64,000 nt of DNA from a bacterium (GTDB lineage: Bacteria; Bacillota_I; Bacilli_A; RF39; UBA660): the NCBI GenBank assembly GCA_029007115.1, contig JAQXHG010000009.1, positions 246 through 64,245 of the forward strand, given 5' to 3'. Below the pieces are notes generated by a model. That model was not told where the DNA came from, made no database searches, and worked only from the letters and a program-made list of their open reading frames with translations. The stretch's first letter is position 1, and each line of letters starts with the position of its first letter. Both the position numbers and the translations under genes were made by a program. Positions 17,100 through 27,073 of this stretch are shown here, piece by piece.

Positions 17100-17963
17100 A
17101 TGGAAAAAAAAGTACAAGAATATTTAACTTATTTATCACCAGAATTTATTTATATTCCTTTTGATAAAAAAGAAAATTTAGATTTACCTAAAAATGGTCT
17201 TGTTTATTTTAATACACATTTAGGTATAAAAGAAGACAATAAAAATATATTTAGTCCAGTTAGTGGTAAAATTATCGGAATTAAACAAATGATATTTAAT
17301 GATGGAGTAAAAAATTGTTTATTAATAGAAAATGATTTTATGGATAAAAGAGAAAAATTAAATCCAACTTTAAATATTAATAAAATGAAGAAAACTCAAA
17401 TTATCGAATTATTAACTAAATATGGTTTGAATAAAAAAATTAATAGTAAGACAATATTAGTTGTTGATAGTTTCTATGATAAAAAATATGATTTAAAAGA
17501 TATGGTTATAAATTATGAATTTTATGAGGAAATATTAGAAGCCATAGATGAGTTTATGCAAATATTTAATATGAAAAATTGTTACATTCATATTGATGAT
17601 GATGATTTATATTCTCATCATGCATATGAAAAATATATAAATGCTTTTTTTAATATTTGTATTGTTAAATCAAATAAAAAAATAAAAAGTGATTTGTGCG
17701 TGCACTATACAGTTGAAGAGATTCTTGCAATACATAAAGCTATTCATCAAGATTATATGTATGATAATACTATTATTACTATTAATAATGAAAAACCATT
17801 AATAGTTAAAGTAAAACTATATACTTCATTATATGAATTACTAAAAGTTTTAAAAATAAGTATTAAAAATAAAAATGTTTTTATTAATAAAAAACAAATC
17901 GATAATATAGATGAGTTTATAATTGATAGTAGTATTAGAAGTATTGTAATAAAGGATAAATAA
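17100..17963 (+). CDS. Hypothetical protein; the N-terminus weakly resembles an RnfC-type barrel-sandwich domain
   Basis: SD AGAGAGG. FSPVSGKIIGIK resembles the SxSGxV turn of RnfC_N or biotinyl-like domains. No Fe-S cysteine motifs are present. Confidence 0.55.
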   Translation: MEKKVQEYLTYLSPEFIYIPFDKKENLDLPKNGLVYFNTHLGIKEDNKNIFSPVSGKIIGIKQMIFNDGVKNCLLIENDFMDKREKLNPTLNINKMKKTQIIELLTKYGLNKKINSKTILVVDSFYDKKYDLKDMVINYEFYEEILEAIDEFMQIFNMKNCYIHIDDDDLYSHHAYEKYINAFFNICIVKSNKKIKSDLCVHYTVEEILAIHKAIHQDYMYDNTIITINNEKPLIVKVKLYTSLYELLKVLKISIKNKNVFINKKQIDNIDEFIIDSSIRSIVIKDK

Positions 17964-17964
17964 A

Positions 17965-18891
17965 ATGATATATGTTTTTTTAGGTAAAGAAATAAATATA
18001 ATAAAAGAAAAATTAGAACAGTTAGTAAAAGAATTTGATATAACTAGTACAATTAAATATAATTTTACTGATAATGATTTAATGGATGTTATTATAGAGG
18101 CGTGTTATCCTAATATATTTGGTGGCAGAAAACTAATAATTTTAGAAGATTTTTCTTTTAAAAAAATTAAAGATAGTGATGAAGAAAACCTTAAAAAGTT
18201 TATAGATAGTAATAATGAAAATATAATAGTTTTAAAATGTTTAGATGAAAAACTAGATGAAAGAAAAAATTTAACTAAATTAATAAAGCAAAAAGGAAAA
18301 GTAATTAATTGTGGTAAACTTGATTATAAAGACTTAAGTAAATATATTACTGATATGTTTCAAAAAGAAAATATAAAAATATCTTTTAATCAAGTGAAAA
18401 GAATATTAGATTTATGTGAATATAATACTGATATTGCAATTTCAGAAACTAAAAAATTATTACTTTATAAAATTGGAGATAATAGTATTAGTGATGATGA
18501 TATAGATAATGTGGTTAGTAAAAGTAATGAAAAGGAATTATTTGCATTATCAGAATACGTATTAAAAAAAGAAGTAGGAAATTGTATTAATTCGTATAGG
18601 ATATTAGTTGATTCTAATGTTGATGCAACTATAATAATAGATAATATTGCAAAACAATTTAGATTGTTATTTCAAGTTAAGAGTCTTTATGGCACAGTTA
18701 ATGAAGGAGCAATTTCTAATATATTAGATGTAAATCCTTATACAATAAAGAAAATTATACCATATATAAATGCATATAAGAAAGATGAGATATTAGATAA
18801 ATTACTTAAATTAAGTGAAATGGATAGTGATATTAAAATAAAAGGTTATGATAAAAATAAAGTTATTGAAATGTTTTTTCTAACATTATAG
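17965..18891 (+). CDS. holA: DNA polymerase III delta subunit
   Basis: Size, N-terminal YVFLGKE and overall pattern fit HolA of Firmicutes. Confidence 0.8.
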   Translation: MIYVFLGKEINIIKEKLEQLVKEFDITSTIKYNFTDNDLMDVIIEACYPNIFGGRKLIILEDFSFKKIKDSDEENLKKFIDSNNENIIVLKCLDEKLDERKNLTKLIKQKGKVINCGKLDYKDLSKYITDMFQKENIKISFNQVKRILDLCEYNTDIAISETKKLLLYKIGDNSISDDDIDNVVSKSNEKELFALSEYVLKKEVGNCINSYRILVDSNVDATIIIDNIAKQFRLLFQVKSLYGTVNEGAISNILDVNPYTIKKIIPYINAYKKDEILDKLLKLSEMDSDIKIKGYDKNKVIEMFFLTL

Positions 18892-18972
18892 TAAAATTTT
18901 ACATAATTTTAATAAAAAAATATATAGTATTTAAAATAATAAAGTATAATTATATAAAGGGCGTGATAAAAT

Positions 18973-19965
18973 ATGTTGATTTTAGCAAAAAGTATATTAG
19001 GATTAATGCTTGGTTTTTTTGTATCAGTAGTATTTGGATATTTTTTAATACCAATATTAAGAAAATTAAAATGTGGCCAAAGTATAAGTATATTTACTGC
19101 ATTTAGACATTCAAGTAAAGCTGGAACACCAACAATAGGTGGGCTTATATTTATAATACCAACATTATTTACGATGTTATTATTATATTTAAGAGGAAGT
19201 CTTGAAATAACACATAGTTTATTAATAATAATATTTGTATTTATATCTTATGCATTACTTGGTTTTGTAGATGATTTACTAAAAGTGTTATATAAAAATA
19301 ATGATGGTCTTTCAATACCACAAAAGTTATTAGTTCAAGTGCTAATATCTCTTGTATTTTTCTATATATATATGCAAGGTGGAGGAGATGCAAATGTTAC
19401 AATATCTTCCTTAAACATTAGTGTTGATTTAAAATGGTTATATGGTTTATTTATACTATTTTTACTAGTAGGTTCATCGAATGCGGTTAATTTAACTGAT
19501 GGTTTAGATGGTTTAGCTGGTGGTCTTTCTCTAATCGCATTTTTAAGTTTTGGAATTATTACTTGGGGTACTACATGGGTAGAAGGATATCAAGAAATAG
19601 CAATATTTTGTTTTATATTAGTTGGTAGTATAATGGGATTTTTAGTTTATAATACTCATCCTGCTAAGGTATTCATGGGGGATACTGGATCACTTTGTTT
19701 AGGAGCTACTCTTGCGGCTATTGCAATACTTACAAAACATGAACTATCACTTGCTGTGATTGGTGGCGTATTTGTAATAGAGGCTTTATCATCAATTATA
19801 CAATTAATTTCAATAATAAAATTTAAGAAAAAAGTTTTCTTAATGGCGCCTATACATCATCATTTTGAAAAACTAGGATATGAAGAAAATGATATTGTAA
19901 AAGCATTTTTAATAGTTGGATTTTTACTTGGTATGGTTGCTATATATTATGGTGTATGGATGTAA
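18973..19965 (+). CDS. mraY: Phospho-N-acetylmuramoyl-pentapeptide transferase
   Basis: NAVNLTDGLDGLAGG, GDTGSLCLG and PIHHHFE. Confidence 0.95.
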   Translation: MLILAKSILGLMLGFFVSVVFGYFLIPILRKLKCGQSISIFTAFRHSSKAGTPTIGGLIFIIPTLFTMLLLYLRGSLEITHSLLIIIFVFISYALLGFVDDLLKVLYKNNDGLSIPQKLLVQVLISLVFFYIYMQGGGDANVTISSLNISVDLKWLYGLFILFLLVGSSNAVNLTDGLDGLAGGLSLIAFLSFGIITWGTTWVEGYQEIAIFCFILVGSIMGFLVYNTHPAKVFMGDTGSLCLGATLAAIAILTKHELSLAVIGGVFVIEALSSIIQLISIIKFKKKVFLMAPIHHHFEKLGYEENDIVKAFLIVGFLLGMVAIYYGVWM

Positions 19966-19966
19966 G

Positions 19967-19989
19967 AAGAACATAAGTGTTCTTTTTTT
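19967..19989 (+). terminator. Short hairpin plus T-run after mraY
   Basis: AAGAACA, loop TAAG, TGTTCTT, then TTTTT. Confidence 0.45.
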
Positions 19990-20013
19990 CTTTATATAAA
20001 AATAATATTTATT

Positions 20014-21087
20014 ATGAGGAAAAGAATAATAATATATACATTATTACTTTCTATAATTGGATTAATAATGATTTATTCAAGTAGTTATATATATGCGCAA
20101 TACAAATATAATAATCCATATAGATATGTTATATTACAGGGAATTTTCTTTTGTATGGGAATATTTATTATGTATATATTTTCTAAGATAGATTATAATA
20201 TATATAAAAAATATTCTAATTTATTTTTACTAATTAGTGCAATACTTCTTATTCTTGTTTTAATACCAGGAATAGGTAGTATTAGAAATGGTAGTAGAAG
20301 TTGGTTTGGTTTATTTGGACTTGGCTTTCAGCCAAGTGAATTATCTAAATTATCTCTTATTATTTTTACATCAAAATATTTATCAAATAATGATAAAATA
20401 AAAAGAGAAACTAATAAATTTATGTTACCTATACTTTTAATAATAATTTCTTTCTTTGGATTAATATTACTTGAACCTGATTTTGGTACAGGAATGGTTA
20501 TTGTATGTTCTTTAATTGGTCTTATATTTATATCAGGAGTTAATTGCTCTATATTTATTAAACTAGGAATATTGGGAATTTGTGGAATAATTGTTCTTAT
20601 TTTAATCGCTCCATATAGACTTGCAAGAATCACTTCGTTTATTAATCCGTGGAGTGATCCACTTGGAAGTGGATTTCAAATCATACAAAGCTTATATGCA
20701 ATTGGTCCAGGTGGATTATTAGGATTTGGTTTTTTAAATTCAAGGCAAAAACATTTTTATTTACCAGAACCACAAACAGATTTTATATTTTCTATTATTA
20801 CAGAAGAATTTGGATTTATTGGTTCAAGTATAGTTATAATATTATTTATTTTACTTTATGCAAATATTATAAAATCTGCTATTAAGCAAAAAGATTTATT
20901 TGGAAAATACTTAATATTTGGTTTAGTATTCTTATTACTATTTCAAACATTATTAAATTTAAGTGTAGTTGTTGGTCTTGTGCCGGTAACGGGTGTTACA
21001 TTGCCTTTCTTAAGTTATGGTGGTAGTAGTTTACTTATTAGTATGGCAAGTATAGGAATAATACTAAATGTATCAAAACACAAATAA
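20014..21087 (+). CDS. SEDS-family peptidoglycan glycosyltransferase (FtsW/RodA/SpoVE)
   Basis: GFQPSELSKL, PEPQTDFIFS and LPFLSYGGSS. Confidence 0.9.
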   Translation: MRKRIIIYTLLLSIIGLIMIYSSSYIYAQYKYNNPYRYVILQGIFFCMGIFIMYIFSKIDYNIYKKYSNLFLLISAILLILVLIPGIGSIRNGSRSWFGLFGLGFQPSELSKLSLIIFTSKYLSNNDKIKRETNKFMLPILLIIISFFGLILLEPDFGTGMVIVCSLIGLIFISGVNCSIFIKLGILGICGIIVLILIAPYRLARITSFINPWSDPLGSGFQIIQSLYAIGPGGLLGFGFLNSRQKHFYLPEPQTDFIFSIITEEFGFIGSSIVIILFILLYANIIKSAIKQKDLFGKYLIFGLVFLLLFQTLLNLSVVVGLVPVTGVTLPFLSYGGSSLLISMASIGIILNVSKHK

Positions 21088-21214
21088 TGATATTGTAAAT
21101 AATTATTTTATTTAAATATCATTTGTTAATATTAAAATAATTGATATATTAAAATTTAGTAAGTACTAGAAAAATATATGTTTTTTTAGTATAATTAACG
21201 CGAGGTGAAGCGTG

Positions 21215-22531
21215 ATGGCAAAACAAACAATATGTTTAGTTGGAAGACCTAATACTGGAAAGAGTACTTTGTTTAATAGAATAGTTGGTAAAAAAATAGC
21301 TATTATTGAAGACGCACCGGGAGTAACAAGAGATAGAATTTATAGTAAAGCAATTTTTAATGATAAACCATTTTATTTAATAGATACAGGTGGTATTGAT
21401 TTAACTAATGGTGACTTTAATGAAGAAATTAAAATGCAAGTTGAAATTGGTATAGAAGAGGCAGATACTATTATATTTGTTGTAGATGCTAAGGATGGGA
21501 TAACTACTTCTGATGAATTAATTAGAGATATGCTAAAAAAGCAAAATAAAAAAGTTATCGTTGCAATTAATAAAGTAGATAGTAAACAAGGTGAAGAGAA
21601 TATTTATGAATTTTATTCTCTTGGTTTTGATGATTATATACCAATATCTGCAGAACATGGTAGAGGAGTAAATGAATTATTAAAGTGTGCAACTGATAAT
21701 TATGAAGAAGGTTATGAAGAGGATGATAACAATATAAAAATATCTGTTATAGGAAGACCTAATGTAGGTAAAAGTAGTCTAGTTAATGCCTTATTAAATG
21801 AACAAAGAGTAATAGTTAGTAATGTTGCTGGTACTACAAGGGATGCGATTGATACTAAGTTTACTTATAATAAAGAAGAGTACACTTTGATAGATACTGC
21901 TGGACTTCGTAAGAAAGGTAAAATATTTGAAGCTGTTGAAAAATATAGTTTACTTAGAAGTATGAAGGCTATTGATCGAAGTGATGTTTGTTTACTAGTA
22001 CTTGATGCAACAACAGGTATAGTAGAGCATGATAAGCACATAGCAGGCTATGCTCTTGAAGCTGGTAAACCAGTGGTAATAGTTGTTAATAAATGGGATA
22101 CAATAGATGAAAAAGATGATAAGATGAAAGAATGGAAATCATCTATAAAATATAATTTCCAATTTATGGATTTTGCTAAAGTAGTATTTTTAAGTGCACA
22201 AACTAAAAAAAGAATACATACTTTAATGCCTGAAGTATTAGCATCTTATAATAACTCAATAAAGGAAGTTAAAACAAGTATAATAAATGATATAGTAAGA
22301 GATGCATTTATTGAAACACCACCACCATCTTATAAAGGGAAGAAACTAAAAGTGTATTTTACTCATCAATCTGGTACTAAGCCACCAAAATTTGATATTG
22401 AAGTTAATTCTAAGGGATTAGTACATTTTAGTTATTATAGATATTTAGAAAATAAAATAAGACAGAATATTGATTTTAGTGGTACACCAATAATAATTCA
22501 GTTTAAGAATAAAGGAGAAAGAGAATTATAA
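21215..22531 (+). CDS. der: Ribosome-associated GTPase Der/EngA (two tandem G domains plus KH-like domain)
   Basis: GRPNTGKST and GRPNVGKSS P-loops, with DTAG and NKxD motifs present twice. Confidence 0.95.
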   Translation: MAKQTICLVGRPNTGKSTLFNRIVGKKIAIIEDAPGVTRDRIYSKAIFNDKPFYLIDTGGIDLTNGDFNEEIKMQVEIGIEEADTIIFVVDAKDGITTSDELIRDMLKKQNKKVIVAINKVDSKQGEENIYEFYSLGFDDYIPISAEHGRGVNELLKCATDNYEEGYEEDDNNIKISVIGRPNVGKSSLVNALLNEQRVIVSNVAGTTRDAIDTKFTYNKEEYTLIDTAGLRKKGKIFEAVEKYSLLRSMKAIDRSDVCLLVLDATTGIVEHDKHIAGYALEAGKPVVIVVNKWDTIDEKDDKMKEWKSSIKYNFQFMDFAKVVFLSAQTKKRIHTLMPEVLASYNNSIKEVKTSIINDIVRDAFIETPPPSYKGKKLKVYFTHQSGTKPPKFDIEVNSKGLVHFSYYRYLENKIRQNIDFSGTPIIIQFKNKGEREL

Positions 22532-22570
22532 AGTAGAATATAAACTTTAATAAAAAATTGAAATTTTTGA

Positions 22571-22599
22571 TTGACATAGATATAATTTAGTGGTAAAAT
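22571..22599 (+). promoter_or_regulatory. Strong sigma-A promoter of the str operon
   Basis: TTGACA (22571-76), 17-nt spacer, then TGGTAAAAT as an extended -10 (22591-99). A leader hairpin GGTTTTC/GAAAACC lies at 22614-22635. Confidence 0.7.
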
Positions 22600-22693
22600 T
22601 TAATAGATTTTTGGGTTTTCTTGTACTAGAAAACCTTATAAAATAAGAATTATGATACGCCTGGAAATGTGTATTAGGAAGGAGAAAAATTAA

Positions 22694-23110
22694 ATGGCTA
22701 CAATTAATCAATTAGTTAGAAACGGAAGAAAAGATAAAACTAAGAAGAGTAAAAGCCCAGTATTAAATATTGGTTACAATTCTAAAGATAAGTTAAAAAC
22801 TAATAATTGTTCACCACAAAAAAGAGGTGTTTGTACTCGTGTGTCTACAAAGACTCCTAAGAAACCAAACTCAGCTTTAAGAAAAATTGCTAGAGTTAGA
22901 TTAAGTAATGGATATGAAGTTACTTGTTATATTGGTGGAGAAGGACATAACTTACAAGAACATAGTGTTGTTTTAATTCGTGGTGGTCGTGTTAAAGATT
23001 TAATCGGTGTTCGTTATCATATTGTTCGTGGTACTTTAGATACTGCTGGTATTGATAAGAGAAGACAAGGTAGAAGTAAATACGGAACTAAAAAACCTAA
23101 AAATAAATAA
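22694..23110 (+). CDS. rpsL: 30S ribosomal protein S12
   Basis: [22 protein letters not shown] and [14 protein letters not shown]. Note Ile104 where Pro is normally found. Confidence 0.97.
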   Translation: MATINQLVRNGRKDKTKKSKSPVLNIGYNSKDKLKTNNCSPQKRGVCTRVSTKTPKKPNSALRKIARVRLSNGYEVTCYIGGEGHNLQEHSVVLIRGGRVKDLIGVRYHIVRGTLDTAGIDKRRQGRSKYGTKKPKNK

Positions 23111-23138
23111 TTAATTTAGAGAAAGGAGATATAAATTC

Positions 23139-23606
23139 ATGCGTAAAAGACAAGCAATTAAAAGAGATGTTTTAGCAGATCCAATATATAATTCTAAAAT
23201 GGTTACTAAGTTAATTAATGGAATTATGTTAGATGGTAAAAAAGGAACTGCTCAAAAAATATTATATAATGCTCTTGATATAGTAAAAGAGAAAACAAAT
23301 AAAGATCCTTTAGAAGTTCTAAATCAAGCTTTTGAAAACATCAAACCAGCTTTAGAAATTAAAAGTAGAAGAATAGGTGGAAGTAACTATTCAGTTCCTA
23401 TGGAAGTTAGAGAAGATAGAGCAAACGCTTTAACTTTAAGATGGTTAATTCAATATGCTAAGAATAGAAATGGCAAAGGAATGGCTGAAAATTTAGCTGC
23501 TGAAATAATTGATGCTTCAAATGGTATAGGTGGAGCAGTTAAGAAACGTGAAGATACTCATAAAATGGCTGAAGCTAATAAGGCTTATGCACATTATAGA
23601 TGGTAA
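23139..23606 (+). CDS. rpsG: 30S ribosomal protein S7
   Basis: Typical S7 sequence ending AHYRW. Confidence 0.97.
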   Translation: MRKRQAIKRDVLADPIYNSKMVTKLINGIMLDGKKGTAQKILYNALDIVKEKTNKDPLEVLNQAFENIKPALEIKSRRIGGSNYSVPMEVREDRANALTLRWLIQYAKNRNGKGMAENLAAEIIDASNGIGGAVKKREDTHKMAEANKAYAHYRW

Positions 23607-23621
23607 GAAGGGAGAACATTT

Positions 23622-25700
23622 ATGGCACGTGATGTATCAATAGATAAAACTCGTAATATAGGAATTATGGCTCATATTGATGCTGGTAAAACAACAACAA
23701 CAGAGAGAATTCTATATTTAGGTGGAAACATTCATAAAATTGGTGAAACTCATGATGGAGCTTCACAAATGGACTGGATGGATCAAGAAAAAGAAAGAGG
23801 TATAACAATTACTAGTGCAGCTACAACTGTACATTGGAATGGTTATAGATTCAATATAATAGATACTCCGGGACACGTAGACTTCACTATTGAAGTTGCT
23901 CGTAGTTTAAGAGTCCTAGATGGTGCAGTTGCATTAATAGATGCTCAAGCAGGAGTAGAAACTCAAACTGAACAAGTTTGGAGACAAGCAAATGATTATA
24001 TGGTTCCAAGAATGATTTGTGCTAATAAAATGGAAAAAATGGGAGCAGACTTCTATTACTCTATAAATTCAATACATAATAGATTATCAGAAAATGCATG
24101 GCCAATTGTTTTACCAATCGGGGCAGAAGATCATTTTACTGGTTATGTAGATTTAGTAACAATGAAAGCATATAATTATGATGGAACTTCAGAACAAAAT
24201 CTAATTGAAACTCAAATTCCTGCTGATATGATAGATAAGGCAGAAGAATATAGAGGTAAATTAATTGATGCAGTTGCGGATTTTTCTGATGAATTAATGG
24301 AAACATATTTAGAAGGAAATGAAATAAGTTCAGACTTATTAAAATCAACTATTAGAAAAGCAACTCTATCTGTTAAGTTTTTCCCAATCTTATGTGCAGA
24401 TGCTTTAGGAAATAAAGGAACTCGTACATTAATGGATGCTGTTGTAGATTATTTACCAGCACCAACTGATATTGAAGCAGTTAAAGGTACTGATTTAAAT
24501 GATAAAGAAGTTGTAAGAAAAGCAAGTGATTCTGAACCATTTAGTGCATTAGCATTTAAAGTAATGAATGATCCATTTGTTGGAAACTTAACATTCTTCC
24601 GTGTATACTCAGGTGTACTTAAATCAGGAAGTTATATTATGAACTCAACAACTGGTGAAAAAGAAAGAATCGGTCGTATTCTTCAAATGCATGCAAATCA
24701 AAGAAAAGAAATCAACGAAGTATATGCAGGAGAAATTGCTGCTGCAGTAGGTCTTAAAGATACTACAACTGGAGACACTTTATGTGATGAAAAAAATCAA
24801 GTTATTTTAGAAAAAATGGTATTCCCAGAACCAGTTATTGAACTTGCTATTGAACCTAAATCAAAAGCAGATCAGGAAAAGATGAGCCTTGCTCTTCAAA
24901 AACTTGCTAAAGAAGATCCTTCGTTTAGAGCAAAAACTGATCATGAGACAGGACAAACTATTATAGCAGGTATGGGTGAGTTACACTTAGATGTACTTGT
25001 TGATAGAATGAGAAGAGAATTTGGTGTTGAAGCAAATGTAGGTAAACCACAAGTTGCTTATAGAGAAACATTAAAATCTACTGCTGAATGTGAAGGTAAA
25101 TATATTAAACAATCTGGTGGTCGTGGACAATATGGACATGTTTGGGTTAAATTTGAACCAAATAAAGACAATGGATATGAATTTGTTGATGAAGTTGTTG
25201 GTGGAGTTGTACCTCGTGAATACATTCCAGTTGTTGATAAAGGACTTCAAGAAGCATTAGCTGGTGGTGTATTAGCCGGATTCCCTATGATAGATGTTAA
25301 GTGTACATTATTTGATGGTTCTTATCATGATGTAGACTCTAACGAAATGGCTTTCAAAATAGCTGCATCTATGGCACTTAAAGAAGCTAAGAATAAATGT
25401 AATCCATGTATTTTAGAACCTATTATGAATGTAGAAGTTAGAGTTCCAGAAGAATTCATGGGTACAGTTATGGGAGATTTAACAAGTAGAAGAGGTAGAC
25501 CTCTTGGAAATGAAAGTATGGGTAAAGATATTGCTATTAAAGCAATGGTACCACTTTCTGAAATGTTTGGATATATGACAGTTCTTAGAAGTAATACTCA
25601 AGGACGTGGAACTTATCAAATGATTTTTGATCATTATGAAGAAGTACCAAAAGGTATATCTGATGAAATTATTAAAAAACATGGTGTACAAAATAATTAG
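23622..25700 (+). CDS. fusA: Elongation factor G
   Basis: [17 protein letters not shown] and DTPGHVDF. Confidence 0.97.
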   Translation: MARDVSIDKTRNIGIMAHIDAGKTTTTERILYLGGNIHKIGETHDGASQMDWMDQEKERGITITSAATTVHWNGYRFNIIDTPGHVDFTIEVARSLRVLDGAVALIDAQAGVETQTEQVWRQANDYMVPRMICANKMEKMGADFYYSINSIHNRLSENAWPIVLPIGAEDHFTGYVDLVTMKAYNYDGTSEQNLIETQIPADMIDKAEEYRGKLIDAVADFSDELMETYLEGNEISSDLLKSTIRKATLSVKFFPILCADALGNKGTRTLMDAVVDYLPAPTDIEAVKGTDLNDKEVVRKASDSEPFSALAFKVMNDPFVGNLTFFRVYSGVLKSGSYIMNSTTGEKERIGRILQMHANQRKEINEVYAGEIAAAVGLKDTTTGDTLCDEKNQVILEKMVFPEPVIELAIEPKSKADQEKMSLALQKLAKEDPSFRAKTDHETGQTIIAGMGELHLDVLVDRMRREFGVEANVGKPQVAYRETLKSTAECEGKYIKQSGGRGQYGHVWVKFEPNKDNGYEFVDEVVGGVVPREYIPVVDKGLQEALAGGVLAGFPMIDVKCTLFDGSYHDVDSNEMAFKIAASMALKEAKNKCNPCILEPIMNVEVRVPEEFMGTVMGDLTSRRGRPLGNESMGKDIAIKAMVPLSEMFGYMTVLRSNTQGRGTYQMIFDHYEEVPKGISDEIIKKHGVQNN

Positions 25701-25793
25701 TACATCAAATTGCCAATTTTAATTATTTATACTTGAAATATAATCAAGTATTAGATAAAATATAATTATGTTTAGAAAAAGGAGGAAATAAAA

Positions 25794-26963
25794 ATGGCAA
25801 AACAAAAATTCGATCGTTCTAAAGAACATGTTAATATTGGTACTATTGGTCATGTTGATCATGGTAAAACAACATTAACAGCTGCAATTACTAAATATTT
25901 TGGAGAATTCATGGATTATGATCAAATCGATAAAGCTCCAGAGGAAAGAGAAAGAGGTATTACTATTAATACTGCTCACGTTGAGTATACTACTGACAAA
26001 CGTCACTATGCTCATGTAGACTGCCCAGGACATGCTGATTATGTTAAAAACATGATTACAGGTGCTGCTCAAATGGACGGTGCTATCTTAGTTGTTAGTG
26101 CAACAGATGGACCAATGCCACAAACTCGTGAACACATCTTATTATCTCGTCAAGTTGGAGTTCCAAAAATGGTTGTATTCATTAATAAATGCGATATGGT
26201 TGATGATAGTGAACTTTTAGATTTAGTTGAAATGGAAGTTCGTGAATTATTAACAGAATATGGATTTGATGGTGATAATACTCCAGTGGTTCGTGGATCT
26301 GCATTAAAAGCACTTGAAGGTGATGAAGCTTGGGTTCAACCAATTAAAGATCTTATGGCTAAAGTTGATGAATGGATTGATACTCCAGTAAGAGATAATG
26401 ATAAACCATTCTTAATGAGCATTGAAGATGTATTTACTATCACAGGTCGTGGAACTGTTGTTACAGGACGTGTTGAAAGAGGTAAATTAAATCTTAATGA
26501 TGAAGTTGAAATTGTTGGTATTAAAGATACTAGAAAAACAGTTGTAACTGGTATTGAAATGTTCAGAAAATCATTAGATTATGCTGAAGCTGGAGATAAT
26601 GCTGGTGTATTACTTCGTGGTATTAACAGAGAAGATGTTGAAAGAGGACAAGTTCTTTGTAAACCAGGATCAGTTACTCCACATAAGAAATTTAAAGCAA
26701 GTGTTTATGTTCTTTCTAAAGAAGAAGGTGGAAGACATACTCCATTCTTTAGTAACTATAGACCACAATTTTATTTTAGAACAACTGATGTTACTGGTGT
26801 AATTACATTACCAGAAGGTACTGAAATGGTTATGCCTGGTGATAATGTTGATATGACTGTTGAATTAATTACTCCAATCGCAATTGAAAATGGAACTAAT
26901 TTCTCAATTCGTGAAGGTGGAAGAACAGTTGGTGCTGGTGTAGTTTCTGAAATAATTGAATAA
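25794..26963 (+). CDS. tuf: Elongation factor Tu
   Basis: [23 protein letters not shown] and NKCD. Confidence 0.97.
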   Translation: MAKQKFDRSKEHVNIGTIGHVDHGKTTLTAAITKYFGEFMDYDQIDKAPEERERGITINTAHVEYTTDKRHYAHVDCPGHADYVKNMITGAAQMDGAILVVSATDGPMPQTREHILLSRQVGVPKMVVFINKCDMVDDSELLDLVEMEVRELLTEYGFDGDNTPVVRGSALKALEGDEAWVQPIKDLMAKVDEWIDTPVRDNDKPFLMSIEDVFTITGRGTVVTGRVERGKLNLNDEVEIVGIKDTRKTVVTGIEMFRKSLDYAEAGDNAGVLLRGINREDVERGQVLCKPGSVTPHKKFKASVYVLSKEEGGRHTPFFSNYRPQFYFRTTDVTGVITLPEGTEMVMPGDNVDMTVELITPIAIENGTNFSIREGGRTVGAGVVSEIIE

Positions 26964-26972
26964 TTTAAATAT

Positions 26973-26999
26973 AAAAACTTAGAGAAATCTAAGTTTTTT
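26973..26999 (+). terminator. Intrinsic terminator after tuf
   Basis: AAAAACTTAGA, loop GAAA, TCTAAGTTTTT. Confidence 0.75.
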
Positions 27000-27073
27000 A
27001 TTTGTATTTCTATTTTATAATGATATAATTATTATATAAGATAAGAAAGTATATCTAAGTTGGAGGATATAAA

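Noticed and set aside
24136-26802. Short ORFs inside fusA and tuf: 24136-24348, 25479-25691, 25875-26072 and 26581-26802.
   Set aside because: They are antisense or off-frame within universally conserved genes and have no ribosome-binding sites.
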